From positions 1-48,471 of IMG/VR virus record IMGVR_UViG_3300026302_000106: a stretch of 48,471 bases of DNA. One strand, given 5' to 3'. Position 1 is the stretch's first letter, and each line of letters begins with the position of its first letter. Made by a program: the position numbers and the translations under genes. This DNA is from a virus. A model generated the notes under the pieces. It saw only the letters and a list, made by a program, of their open reading frames with translations. It had not been told where the DNA came from and did not search any database. This document shows, piece by piece, positions 18,693 through 27,989 of this stretch.

Positions 18693-18719
18693 GCAATGGG
18701 CTCCTGCGCTCGTGGCGCG

Positions 18720-19679
18720 TTACTTGGGGTTCTGGAACAGGAAGCCGGCGCTGTTGTAGGCCACGTTGGCGCGGCGCTCGTAGGTGGCGCCGTAGACCCA
18801 GCTCTTGGTGCCGTTGTCGAAGTACGGGGTCTCGCTGTACGGATGGCCTTCCATCACGTTGGTGAAGCCGAAGCCGGGCTCCGCCAGACTGATGTCGGCG
18901 CCGCTGCCGCCGATCTTGGGCACGTAGGCCAGCACGGCGTTGTTGCCCCAGCAGTCCGAAACCACGTCGGCCTCGTCCTTCCAGACCGCGTCGCCGACGA
19001 AGATGTTGTCGATCTCCAGGATGGTCTGCAGCTGCTGCAGCGACGCCACGCCGAGCTGGGTGGACGGCAGGTAGCCCTTCACCTCGGCATTGCCGGCCAG
19101 CGCGAACGCGGCATCGGCCGACAGCGCCAGCGCGTTGGGCCGCTTGCCGATCTTCTTGCGGATGACCTCGCGCGCGGCGCGGATGTCGGTCACCGGCGTG
19201 CCGGTGCTGGCGCTCCACTTGGTGGCGCCAGCCAGCGCCTGCACGTTGCCCGCGGCATAACTCGCCGGGTCAACGGCCAGCGCGGACACCTCGATCTCGT
19301 AGTCCAGGCCAAGGATGTCGTTGGCCGTGGTCATCGCGACGCGGCTGATGTCCAGGTAGTTGCCGACGTGCAGGCGGCGCGACTCGTCGGCCTCGCGGAG
19401 CAGCTCGCGCGGGATCGGCACCTCTACCGAGTACTGGTTGACCTCGTAGGTCTTGCCCTCGTACTTGATCTGCACGCGCTTGGTGGCGCTGCCGGGCGCG
19501 CGGCGCAGGTTGTAGCGGCGGAAGCGCTCGTCGCCGAGCTGCGCCAGCGTCACGCTGGACAGCGCCTGCGGCAGCCGCGGGAACAGCCGTTCGGCCACGA
19601 GCGTGCCCTGGCCCATGCCCAGCAGCAGGCTGGTGAGGATGGGGTTTTGCTTGAGCCGAATCTCGGCGGCGGTCATCAT
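18720..19679 (-). CDS. Major capsid protein
   Basis: 319 aa directly downstream of the protease/scaffold; ends AGFLFQNPK. Confidence 0.85.
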   Translation of the reverse strand: MMTAAEIRLKQNPILTSLLLGMGQGTLVAERLFPRLPQALSSVTLAQLGDERFRRYNLRRAPGSATKRVQIKYEGKTYEVNQYSVEVPIPRELLREADESRRLHVGNYLDISRVAMTTANDILGLDYEIEVSALAVDPASYAAGNVQALAGATKWSASTGTPVTDIRAAREVIRKKIGKRPNALALSADAAFALAGNAEVKGYLPSTQLGVASLQQLQTILEIDNIFVGDAVWKDEADVVSDCWGNNAVLAYVPKIGGSGADISLAEPGFGFTNVMEGHPYSETPYFDNGTKSWVYGATYERRANVAYNSAGFLFQNPK

Positions 19680-19707
19680 CGTGATGGACTCCTGTGGTCA
19701 GGCCGGG

Positions 19708-20697
19708 TCAGGCCGTGAAGGCGACGACGCGGTTCAGCGCCTCGGCGTATGCGACGTTGTGCTTGGCCGCGTAGGCCTTCGCGTCGGCGTCGATCTCGGC
19801 GTCGGTCTTGCCCTTCGAGCTGCCGCCGCCGGAGTTGCCGGCCAGGTCGGCGCGCTCGCTGAAGCTGGCCAGCGGCGCCGCGCGGTCGATCACGCGCTTG
19901 ATGAAAGCCACCGGCACCAGCGGCCGCTCGGCGCCGGCCTCGCCGAACTGCACGACCTCGGCCGCGGCGGCCTGGTCGAGCACGGCCACCAGCTCGACGA
20001 CTTCGGGCTTGGTGATGTGGCCCTTGCCGAGCTGCGCTTCGGCGAAGGCCACGTGGTCGGCGTGCTGCGCGTCGCGGTGCGCCTTCTGCATTGCCTGCAG
20101 GCGCGCCGTGGCGTCGCGCTCCTTCTGCTCAGCCGCAGCCTTGGCCGCGTTGGCGGCGTCGATCTGCTCCTGGAGATCCTTGTCCATGCGATCGTCCCTT
20201 TCAGGGGTGGTCAGGGGTTCGGAGAAACAGGCGAGGCCTTGCCCGCCATCGGAGAACTGGGGCAGCCGCGGCAGGTCCGCCAGGCCGCGCACGGCCGGCG
20301 GCTGCGCACCGAGAAAGCCCACGTGCCGCACGTACCACGCGCCTGGCTTGGGGTTCTGCGGGTGCGTCGGCGGATAGAACGCCGTGCTGCGCTTGGGGAA
20401 GCGCCGCATCAGCACGGCCTCGGCGAAGGCCGGCTGCACGTCGGCGGCGGCCATGGTCAGCACGCGCTTGCCGTCCGGGCCGTCCACCGCCTGCAGGGCG
20501 CTAACACCGCCGTAGCGCGGCTCGTCGAGCGCCGGGTGGCCGATGGTCAGCGGCGCATCGTGCAGCTGCGCGTCGTAGGCCGCGGCCATCGCGTCGATGT
20601 CGGCGCGGCCGAAGTCGCGGCGCACGCCGGCATCGTCGACGTGCTGGCCCTCACGGAAGATCTCGATGCCCTGCGGCAGCGTGGTGTTGTCACCCAT
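19708..20697 (-). CDS. Mu I-like prohead protease/scaffold
   Basis: IEIFREGQH, APLTIGHP, RHVGFLGAQPPAVRGL motifs; helical scaffold C terminus. Confidence 0.85.
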   Translation of the reverse strand: MGDNTTLPQGIEIFREGQHVDDAGVRRDFGRADIDAMAAAYDAQLHDAPLTIGHPALDEPRYGGVSALQAVDGPDGKRVLTMAAADVQPAFAEAVLMRRFPKRSTAFYPPTHPQNPKPGAWYVRHVGFLGAQPPAVRGLADLPRLPQFSDGGQGLACFSEPLTTPERDDRMDKDLQEQIDAANAAKAAAEQKERDATARLQAMQKAHRDAQHADHVAFAEAQLGKGHITKPEVVELVAVLDQAAAAEVVQFGEAGAERPLVPVAFIKRVIDRAAPLASFSERADLAGNSGGGSSKGKTDAEIDADAKAYAAKHNVAYAEALNRVVAFTA

Positions 20698-20703
20698 GCA
20701 GCC

Positions 20704-20747
20704 ATCTTGCGGCGCATGCGGCGATGCGCGCGAGCCAAGCGCTTGGC
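20704..20747 (-). promoter_or_regulatory. Putative Mor/C-activated late promoter for the capsid-tail operon
   Basis: Perfect palindrome GCCAAGCGCTTGGC (20734-20747), 24 nt, then -10-like CAAGAT; same geometry twice more at 34446-34519. Confidence 0.65.
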
Positions 20748-21020
20748 CTAGTCGTTTGGCGTGCTGGTGGCCGGCGGCCAGCTTACCGGCAGCGCGGCCG
20801 GCGGTGGTGACGTTCGGTATCGGCCGGGCCTGCTGCGGTCCATGTCGTGATAGCACGCCTTGCAGCAGAAGAACAGCTCGTTGCGCCGGCGCCAGAAGAA
20901 CTCGCCGTCCGCGGGCCACCAGTCGTCGCAGCGCGGGCAGTATTTCTCCGGCCCCTCGGGCGCCTGGCGCAGGCGCACGGCCGGCGGCACGGCGGCGGGC
21001 GGGTTCTGGAACAGGCCCAT
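20748..21020 (-). CDS. Small zinc-finger protein
   Basis: CPRC...CKAC motif; last gene of the early operon. Confidence 0.55.
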   Translation of the reverse strand: MGLFQNPPAAVPPAVRLRQAPEGPEKYCPRCDDWWPADGEFFWRRRNELFFCCKACYHDMDRSRPGRYRTSPPPAALPVSWPPATSTPND

Positions 21021-21025
21021 CGCGC

Positions 21026-21268
21026 CTACTTCAGCAGGTGCCGCGTGACGCCGGGCGGCAGCTTCGATGGGTCGGCCGGCGGTTCGATGAAGCTGCTCTG
21101 GCTGCCATCGGTGGCGCGCAGATAGTCGACCTCGACTTTGGCGGTGTCGACCAAGGTCCTGCCGATCTCGTTGATGGCGCGCGCCTTGTCCAGGTCCATG
21201 GTGCCGCTCTTCACGGCCTCCAACGCCTCGAACAAAACCGAGCGCAGGTCATCCAGCGTCTTGCTCAC
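21026..21268 (-). CDS. Hypothetical phage protein (often follows HNH genes)
   Basis: LRSVLFEALE...KARAINEIGRTLVDTAKVEVDYL; GTG start overlapping the upstream gene. Confidence 0.65.
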   Translation of the reverse strand: MSKTLDDLRSVLFEALEAVKSGTMDLDKARAINEIGRTLVDTAKVEVDYLRATDGSQSSFIEPPADPSKLPPGVTRHLLK

Positions 21269-21959
21269 GGTCAGCCTCTTCCTTGGCTTGCTTGTTGATG
21301 GCCCGCCGCAGCTGCGCACGCAGGCGGATCACGTCGGCCAGCTCGGGCGGGTAGTTGCGGATGCTGTTGCGTCGCAGCAGCTCGGCGCGATCGACGACCT
21401 CCAGCGCATCCACGGTGATCAGCGCGGGGTCGGTGGTGGCGCGGCCCGGCTTGAACACCACCACGCTGCCGGCGGGCAGCTCGCGGCCCGCCTCGGCCCA
21501 GACGATCTGGGTCACCGGCTTCCAGCGCACGTCCGAGCGGCCCGGCAGGTCGTTGACCTTGCGCTGCAGCTGGCCTTCGACGACGCGCAAGCTGCCGATC
21601 GGCCGCGTGGTCTGCGGCTTGTTGCCCGGCTTGAACTGCCCCTCTCGCATGCGGCCGGCGTGCCAGCCTGGCCGGCGCACGCCCTTGTTCACCGGCACGT
21701 GGCCCTTTTGCCAGCGGTACGCCTGGCTGCCATGGCCAGGTGCCGACGAACGCTCGCGCGCGATTGCGGACACCAGCTCGGGGCTCTTGCGCAAGCCCAG
21801 CTGGTTGGCCTTCGCCAGCACGCGCCGCTGCGTGCGGCCCAGCACCGCGGCGATGGCCTCGGTCAAGTAGTCGGCGTAGTAGAGGCGCAAGAACTCTACT
21901 TCCCAGGCCAGCCACCACTTGTCGTGCGGCACGCACAGCAGGTCGCGCGGGCGGGTCAT
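21249..21959 (-). CDS. HNH endonuclease-like protein (possibly degenerate)
   Basis: N-terminal HTH, WQKGHVPVNKG/FKPGNKP repeats, HNH_3-like region WKPVTQIVW...VVVFK...LEVVDRAELLRRN. Confidence 0.65.
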   Translation of the reverse strand: MTRPRDLLCVPHDKWWLAWEVEFLRLYYADYLTEAIAAVLGRTQRRVLAKANQLGLRKSPELVSAIARERSSAPGHGSQAYRWQKGHVPVNKGVRRPGWHAGRMREGQFKPGNKPQTTRPIGSLRVVEGQLQRKVNDLPGRSDVRWKPVTQIVWAEAGRELPAGSVVVFKPGRATTDPALITVDALEVVDRAELLRRNSIRNYPPELADVIRLRAQLRRAINKQAKEEADREQDAG

Positions 21960-22189
21960 GGCTGCAGCTCCGCCGTCGGCTCGGGCGGCATGGCCGCGCG
22001 CTGGCCGGCGCGCCAGGTCACCGGCGCCCAGGCCACGCCGTCCTGGCCGGGCGGGCACAGGCGCTCGGCGGCGTGCATGCGCTCGATGCCGATGGCGTGG
22101 TAGCGCGCGCAGGTGTCGCGCATCACGCACCAGCCGCCCATGCAGGCGTGGGGGAGCCAGGCGGTGGCGAAGGTGTAGCGGCCGGTCAT
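21956..22189 (-). CDS. Hypothetical Cys-rich protein
   Basis: ATGA-coupled on both sides; CMGGWC..RDTCARYH...ERLC. Confidence 0.6.
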   Translation of the reverse strand: MTGRYTFATAWLPHACMGGWCVMRDTCARYHAIGIERMHAAERLCPPGQDGVAWAPVTWRAGQRAAMPPEPTAELQP

Positions 22190-22659
22190 GCGCCGTCGTC
22201 CTCGTCGTTGTCAGCCGGCCCCAGCGGCAGCTCGCCCTGCAGCTCGGCCAGCTCGGCCGCCTCGGCGCGGCGGCGCTCGGCCTGCGGCACGGCCACGATC
22301 TGGCGCGCGCGCTCGACACTCAAGCCGTACTGGCGCGCCAGCGCCGCGGTGTTGCCGCCGTCCCACTGGGCGCGGATCTGGTCCGCACGGACGCGCGCTT
22401 CGAAGAAGGTGCCGCGCGTCATGTACACCCGCTGGCCGCCGATCTCGCGGCGCACCGCCTCGGTCAGCACGTAGGCCAGGCGCGCCGCGCCGTCGCCGTC
22501 GTGCTGCTGGTTGAGCAGCTCGACGAAGATCACCTGCGCGAAGTCCAGCAGCACCGGCGGATAGCCGGCGGCGAACTGCTCGAGCAGCGGCTGCAGCTCG
22601 TCCTGAGACAGGTGCTCCAGGCGGCGCGCCCGGCGCTCGGGCTCAGCGGCCGCCATCAC
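22186..22659 (-). CDS. mor: Mor/C family transcription activator
   Basis: IGGQRVYM...RADQIRAQWDGGNTAALARQYGLSVERARQIV matches the Mor domain pattern. Confidence 0.85.
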   Translation of the reverse strand: MMAAAEPERRARRLEHLSQDELQPLLEQFAAGYPPVLLDFAQVIFVELLNQQHDGDGAARLAYVLTEAVRREIGGQRVYMTRGTFFEARVRADQIRAQWDGGNTAALARQYGLSVERARQIVAVPQAERRRAEAAELAELQGELPLGPADNDEDDGA

Positions 22660-23143
22660 CCGTCTCCGCCGTCGTCGTCATCATGTCGTGGCCGCGGCGC
22701 AGCCACGCTTTCAGCGCCTCGATCACCTGGTCTTCCCCCTTGCCGCCCAGCCAGGCCTTGTTGTCCACGCGGCCGCCCGGCCAGGTGCGGCGGGTGATCC
22801 ACGCATCGAGCGCCGCCATGCGCCGGTCTTTGACCAGGCCGGCATCCGCCAGCTGCTGCCACACGGAGAACATCTTGCGTTGCCGCGGCGTCAGCGACGG
22901 CAACGGTAACCGCTGAGGTCGGGCGTCAGCACCTGCGAAGTTTCCAAGTTGACGCATCAGCCCTTGCAGGTGTAGGACAAAGCGCTGGCGCTGCGCATCG
23001 TCCAGCGCCGTGCTGCTGCGCGCGCCGTTGAACAGCGAACCGATCAGGTCGCGGTAGGCATCCTCGTCCATGCCCAGCCGGCCGCGCAGCACGTGGATGC
23101 GCTTGATGTCGCTGGCGCGGCGGGTGACGGGGGCTGCGGGCAT
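22643..23143 (-). CDS. gemA: GemA / Mu gp16 (DUF1018) family protein
   Basis: IHVLRGRLGMDEDAYRDLI...SSTAL...VIEALKAW signature. Confidence 0.85.
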   Translation of the reverse strand: MPAAPVTRRASDIKRIHVLRGRLGMDEDAYRDLIGSLFNGARSSTALDDAQRQRFVLHLQGLMRQLGNFAGADARPQRLPLPSLTPRQRKMFSVWQQLADAGLVKDRRMAALDAWITRRTWPGGRVDNKAWLGGKGEDQVIEALKAWLRRGHDMMTTTAETGDGGR

Positions 23144-23151
23144 GGTGGCGG

Positions 23152-23727
23152 TCAGCCGCGGGTGTCCAACTTCACCGTGGCCAAGTAGTCGCGCAGCTCC
23201 AGCCAGTGCCCGAGCTTGATGCGCGCTTCCAGGTACGGCAACTGGATGAGCAACTCACCGGTGTTCAGCACGCCGCACACCAGGCGCTCGTCGGCGGCCG
23301 GCGTCTCGGCTGCCGGCTCAGCGATGGCGGCAGGGCGAGCGACGCGCCCGCCCTTGCGCCGCGGTGGCGCAGGCTGCACGACGCCGTCGCGCGCCAACGC
23401 GTAGGCCCGCTGTCCGTCGGCGTTCAAGGTGCGCACGAGCAGGTTGCCACCCTTCGTGCATGACAGCTCTGACGCGATGATGGTCGCACGTCTGCGATCG
23501 ACGGCGAGCGCCGTTGCCAACTGCTTTGCGGTCAACGGGCCGCACGCGGCGATCGACTTGAGCACCCTCGTCTTCAACGGTAGGGCAAATTTCGAGGGCG
23601 CCTGCGGCGTGTCGCCAAGCGCGAACACGCTGCTGACCGCCGACGTTGTCGGCGCTGCGCTGCTGCCCGCTGGCACGGTGCGCTGCACGATCGGATCGTC
23701 GTCGTCGGAATGCGTGGCCGCGTTCAT
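23152..23727 (-). CDS. Hypothetical protein with probable winged-HTH
   Basis: VLKSIAACGPLTAKQLATALAVDRR segment; ATGA-coupled to gam. Confidence 0.5.
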   Translation of the reverse strand: MNAATHSDDDDPIVQRTVPAGSSAAPTTSAVSSVFALGDTPQAPSKFALPLKTRVLKSIAACGPLTAKQLATALAVDRRRATIIASELSCTKGGNLLVRTLNADGQRAYALARDGVVQPAPPRRKGGRVARPAAIAEPAAETPAADERLVCGVLNTGELLIQLPYLEARIKLGHWLELRDYLATVKLDTRG

Positions 23728-24281
23728 GCCACACCCCCTTCATCCTCGCCCTCGGTCAGCGCGTCGCTGGCTTCCTTCAGCAGCGCCTGCACCATCTTCT
23801 CGACGGCGCCGTCCACGGCCTTGACGATGACCTCGTCGTTGCCCGCGGTGAGCTTGCAGCCCAGCCGCTGGAGGTCGGCTTCCGGCAGCTTGGCCAGCGC
23901 CTCCTTGTTCGGCTTCTCTTCTTTGTGGATCAGCAGCTCGGCCCGCTCGGGCATCAGGCGCTTGATGCGCTCCAACACGCGCGCGGGCTTGTCGATGCCG
24001 AGCCGGGGCTTGGTCTTCTGGTAGCCGATCTTCGTGCCGTGCATCACCAGCGTTCTGGGCTTGGCAAAGCTCTGTGGGTGCGCCTGCACCAGAGCGCGCA
24101 GCCGCGCCTCGATGTCGGCCGCCTTGTTCAGCGCACGGCGGATGCCAGGCAGCTGGTCGCGCGCCAGCGCCGCCAGGCCCTGCTGGTAGGCGCCCACGCG
24201 CTCGGCCAGCAGCAGCCGGGCCTGCTCGTGCAGCTTGGCTTCGGCCTCGATGTCGGCCAGGGGGGTGGTGACGGTGGTCAT
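23724..24281 (-). CDS. gam: Host-nuclease inhibitor Gam-like protein
   Basis: Coiled N terminus, FAKPRTLVMHGTKIGYQK, KEEKPNKEAL; position in the early operon. Confidence 0.7.
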   Translation of the reverse strand: MTTVTTPLADIEAEAKLHEQARLLLAERVGAYQQGLAALARDQLPGIRRALNKAADIEARLRALVQAHPQSFAKPRTLVMHGTKIGYQKTKPRLGIDKPARVLERIKRLMPERAELLIHKEEKPNKEALAKLPEADLQRLGCKLTAGNDEVIVKAVDGAVEKMVQALLKEASDALTEGEDEGGVA

Positions 24282-24598
24282 CGGGGTTCTCTCTCAGGCA
24301 GCGAATGGCCCGCCAAGGCGCAGGAAGGCCGTTCAAATCGTTCCAAATCGCTCGGGTGGTCCAAGGGGACCAGCACGGGCGCGAAGTCGTCCGCGCGCGG
24401 GCTCACCAGCGCGGCCTGAATCTGGTCGCCGGCGCCGCGCTGCACCTGCACGTCGCCGGCCGCTTCCAGGAAGCCGAGCTGCATGCGTACGGGCTCCTCG
24501 GCCACGGCCATGAAGCGCGCCAGCTCGGCCACCGGCACCCACTGGCCGGGCTCGGCGCGCAGGCGCAGCAGCGCCAGGGCGGTGATGGCGTAGCTCAT
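24278..24598 (-). CDS. Hypothetical protein (winged-HTH-like)
   Basis: ATGA-coupled; VPVAELARFMAVAEEPVRMQLGFLEAAG. Confidence 0.55.
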   Translation of the reverse strand: MSYAITALALLRLRAEPGQWVPVAELARFMAVAEEPVRMQLGFLEAAGDVQVQRGAGDQIQAALVSPRADDFAPVLVPLDHPSDLERFERPSCALAGHSLPEREPR

Positions 24599-24936
24599 GG
24601 CCGCCTCACCAGGTGCAGCGAGCCAGGCGTGGGACAGGCCTGCATGCGGCCTTCGGCCAGGCCAAGCTGGTAGGCATCTGCCAGGCGCGCGTCCACCTGG
24701 TGCGTGAGCGTCTGCCGGGTCTGCGCCCGGCCTTCGAGAAAGCCGCCCAGCCAGGCGGCCTGCTCGTCCAGCGCCTGCTGCGCCAGCAGCTCGTCGTCGC
24801 CCAGGCGCAGCGCGTAGCCCAGGCCGGCCAGGGCCAGCAGCGCGGCGGCCAGGGCCGTCAGCAGCACGGTCTGGTGCCGGCGGGCTTGCCGCAGGCCCGG
24901 CAGCGGCGTGGGGCGGTGCGTGAAGATGTTGCGCAT
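24595..24936 (-). CDS. Hypothetical membrane protein
   Basis: One hydrophobic helix (VLLTALAAALLALAGLGYAL); follows the ATPase. Confidence 0.55.
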   Translation of the reverse strand: MRNIFTHRPTPLPGLRQARRHQTVLLTALAAALLALAGLGYALRLGDDELLAQQALDEQAAWLGGFLEGRAQTRQTLTHQVDARLADAYQLGLAEGRMQACPTPGSLHLVRRP

Positions 24937-24940
24937 GGCA

Positions 24941-26188
24941 TCAGCTCCCCGCGACCACTTGCGCGTCGACCTTGGGCCAGCCGGCCAGGGCCGCGGCGTT
25001 CATCGCGCGGGCCACGTGGTTGTTCACCACCAGCGGGTAGCAGATGCTGTAGGCGTCGCGCGCGGTGCCGCCGCGCGGGATCTGCACCAGCCGCGCGCGC
25101 AGCGCGTCGTAGGCGTCGTCGGCCAGCACGTCGGCCGCGTTGGCACCGACGCGGGCGAACTTCAGCTGCAGGTAGGCCTGCAGGTGCTCGTCCAGCGGCT
25201 CCATGTGCACCTTCTCGCAGCGCTGCACGATCTCGCGGATCTCGGGCTGCGTCTCGCTCAGGCGGCTGTCCAGCTCGGGCTGGCCCACCAGGCACACGCC
25301 CAGCAGGCGGCGCAGGCCGTCTTTCAGCTCCATCCAGCCCTTCAGGTGCTTCAGCGTGGCCAGCGGCATGCGGTGCGCTTCTTCGATCACCAGCACGTGC
25401 CGGTGGCCGGCGCGGGCCGAGTCGCGCAGCAGCTCGTGCACCTGGCGGAAGCGCGCCTCGGGGCTGCTGCGCAGCTGCACGCTGGGCGCCAGCGCGTGGG
25501 CGATGGCCTCGGCGATCTGGCCGCTCTTCATCTGCTTGCCCTTCACGTCGTTCGGCTCCATGGCCAGCGTGTAGGGCTTGATGACGACGACGGGGCGCTG
25601 CTCGTCGAGGATGCGCTGCTCGAGGTCTTCGCGCAGCGTGGTCTTGCCCGAGCCCGATTCGCCGATGAGGGCGATGAAGCCGTGGTGCATGGCGCAGTCC
25701 AGCAGCGCGGCGCGCACGCGGCGCGTGGCGGGCGATGCGAACACGTCGTCGCGCGACGACACGTCGTCGGCGAACGGGCTTCGCGCCAGGCCCCAGGCCT
25801 TGCGGGCCTGGTCGGTGAGCGGGGTGCATTCCAGTAGCATGGAGTCCTCCAGGGGTTGTTCAGCGGCTTCGGGGGTTGCAGGTGATGGGGCCTCGCCGAG
25901 GTGCGAACTCGGCGGGGCCTTTCTGCTCATGGGGGCCAGCAGGCGGTCGACGTACAGGCCTGCGGCACGGAAGGCGGCCCAATGCTTCGCGGGGGCGCGG
26001 CGCTCGGCCAGCAACGCGGCCACACGCTGCTGCACGACCGTGGCGCTGCGCGTGGGCCACTTGCCGGTGGTGACCAGGCGGTGCGCGCTGCCCTTGCTGG
26101 CGCCGATGGCGCGGGCGAAGGCGCCCAGCGTGAGGCCCAGGTCGGCCAGCACCGGCACCAGGTCGACATCGAGCGTAGCGGCGGTCAT
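24941..26188 (-). CDS. Transposition ATPase (MuB-equivalent, ExeA-like AAA) with N-terminal HTH
   Basis: Walker A GESGSGKT, Walker B VLVIEEAH, LVGQPEL; coupled to the transposase. Confidence 0.9.
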   Translation of the reverse strand: MTAATLDVDLVPVLADLGLTLGAFARAIGASKGSAHRLVTTGKWPTRSATVVQQRVAALLAERRAPAKHWAAFRAAGLYVDRLLAPMSRKAPPSSHLGEAPSPATPEAAEQPLEDSMLLECTPLTDQARKAWGLARSPFADDVSSRDDVFASPATRRVRAALLDCAMHHGFIALIGESGSGKTTLREDLEQRILDEQRPVVVIKPYTLAMEPNDVKGKQMKSGQIAEAIAHALAPSVQLRSSPEARFRQVHELLRDSARAGHRHVLVIEEAHRMPLATLKHLKGWMELKDGLRRLLGVCLVGQPELDSRLSETQPEIREIVQRCEKVHMEPLDEHLQAYLQLKFARVGANAADVLADDAYDALRARLVQIPRGGTARDAYSICYPLVVNNHVARAMNAAALAGWPKVDAQVVAGS

Positions 26189-27984
26189 TGCGCGTCGCCC
26201 CCGCCCACCACGCGCAGCGTGGCGCGCACGGTCAGCCGGCGCTGCAGATCGTCCAGCTCGGCCTCGGGCACGCCGTCGGGGTACCAGGCGCGGATCTGCG
26301 CGTTGCGCTCGGGCGTCAGCTCCAGCCCGCGACGCACCAGCTCGCCGGCGGCCTGGAAGAGGGTCAGCACCACCTGCTGCGGCTGGGGCACGGAGACCTT
26401 TGGCGCCAGCGGCGTGCCGCGGCGCGGCAGCCAGGCGGGCGCGCCGGCGTCGTCGGCCTCGATGCGCTTGAACGGGTCGATGCGGCCGCCGAAGGGCACC
26501 GCCTTGGCCTTGCGCTGCGCGGCGGCCTGCTCCAGCGAAACGGCATCCATGGCCAGGCGCTCGACGGCCTTGCGGTTGACGTCGGCCAGCGTGTCGGGCG
26601 CGCGGCCGAAGTCCTCGCCGATCACGTTGCCGGTGACGGCGAAGCCGGCGTCGTCGCGCTCGACCAGCGGCACGCGCGTCAGGCGCTCCTGGCCGTCGGC
26701 GTCGCTGTCCACCACGATGGCGCTGCGCAGGCTGCCGTCGGCGGCCACGTCGTAGGGGTTGTAGGTGACCTGCAGCCACTCGCCCACCATCACGCCGGGC
26801 ACGGCGCTGACATCGAAGTCGCCGCGGCCCATGAAAGGCACGCGCAGCTGGTCGATGACCTGGCGCCGCTCGGGCGCATGGGTCAGCAGCTCGCGGCACA
26901 GCGCCGGCGGCGGCGCCAGGCGCAGCTGCTCGGCGCCGATGGTCTGCCACATGGCGTAGCGCGTCTGCCCGTGCCGGCTGTGCAGCTGCGTGCCGTTGAA
27001 CCAGCGCATCCAGCGGCGCGCCAGGCCGTTCAGCTCGTCGAGGTTGGCCACCGGCCGCAGCTTCAGGCCGGACTCGAAGCTGCGCTCGATGATGTCGCGC
27101 GCCTTCTCCACGGCGCCGGTGGCGCGCGCGTTGCCGGCCTTGTGCGCGATGGGCTTCACCTGCAGGCGGCGGAACAGGTTCATCGCCAGCGCGCCCACGT
27201 TGCCGCCGCCGGGGTCTGTCATCACGATGAAGGGCACGCCGTGGAAGGGCTCGCCTTCGCGCGCCTGCAGCGCCTCGATGAAGGCGTGCGTCATGTTCTC
27301 GCCGCTCTCGGCGCCGAGCACGTAGACGACGAAGATGCAGCCGCTGTAGTGGTCGGTGACCTCGTAGCTCCAGACGCGGTCGTGCTCGATGCGCTTCAAG
27401 TTGCGCGGCTTGTTCTTGTAGAACTTGTCGCGCTCCATCACCTGCAGGCCGGCATGCTTGGGGTCGGCGGTCTCCAGGTAGTACAGCACGCACAGGCTGG
27501 CGTCGATCTGCCACACGTGGTTGGGGTGCAGGCTGCGCAGCTCCACCGCCGGCGCCGGGCGTGACAGCTGGTCAGGGTGCAGCGCATGCACGCGCAGCGC
27601 GCGGCCGATGGCGCTGTCGCTCAAGGGGCGGATCACGCCATCGGCATCCACGCCCTCGGCACGCACCAGGCCGTTGTCGCGCAGGGTCTGCACGGCCTGG
27701 GTGATGGACATCAGCCGCTTGTTGTTCTTGCGGTGGCTCTCCATCAGCAGCGCGCTGATGAGCATGGCCTCTTCTCGCGGCAGCGCCACGGCGCCGGCGT
27801 CGCTGCGGCGCTTGCGCTGCGGGCGCACCGAGACGGCGTGCAGGTGGCGCTGCAGCGTGCCGCGGCTCAGGCCCAGCTCGGCACAGGCGGCCGCGTACAG
27901 CGCTTCCTTGGCGCCGTGCGGCACCTTGGCCAGGTCGGCCGCCAGCTGCACCAGGCGCTGGGTGATGGCGGGGGTGAGCGGCAT
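26185..27984 (-). CDS. DDE transposase (MuA-equivalent, B3-type)
   Basis: HPNHVWQIDAS (D), MTDPG (D), NARATGAVEKA (E). Confidence 0.92.
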   Translation of the reverse strand: MPLTPAITQRLVQLAADLAKVPHGAKEALYAAACAELGLSRGTLQRHLHAVSVRPQRKRRSDAGAVALPREEAMLISALLMESHRKNNKRLMSITQAVQTLRDNGLVRAEGVDADGVIRPLSDSAIGRALRVHALHPDQLSRPAPAVELRSLHPNHVWQIDASLCVLYYLETADPKHAGLQVMERDKFYKNKPRNLKRIEHDRVWSYEVTDHYSGCIFVVYVLGAESGENMTHAFIEALQAREGEPFHGVPFIVMTDPGGGNVGALAMNLFRRLQVKPIAHKAGNARATGAVEKARDIIERSFESGLKLRPVANLDELNGLARRWMRWFNGTQLHSRHGQTRYAMWQTIGAEQLRLAPPPALCRELLTHAPERRQVIDQLRVPFMGRGDFDVSAVPGVMVGEWLQVTYNPYDVAADGSLRSAIVVDSDADGQERLTRVPLVERDDAGFAVTGNVIGEDFGRAPDTLADVNRKAVERLAMDAVSLEQAAAQRKAKAVPFGGRIDPFKRIEADDAGAPAWLPRRGTPLAPKVSVPQPQQVVLTLFQAAGELVRRGLELTPERNAQIRAWYPDGVPEAELDDLQRRLTVRATLRVVGGGDAQ

Positions 27985-27989
27985 GCGGC

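Noticed and set aside
3992..20751. Many long plus-strand ORFs opposite the tail and head genes
   Set aside because: Antisense shadow ORFs expected in high-GC DNA; no recognisable motifs, and they fully overlap well-supported genes.
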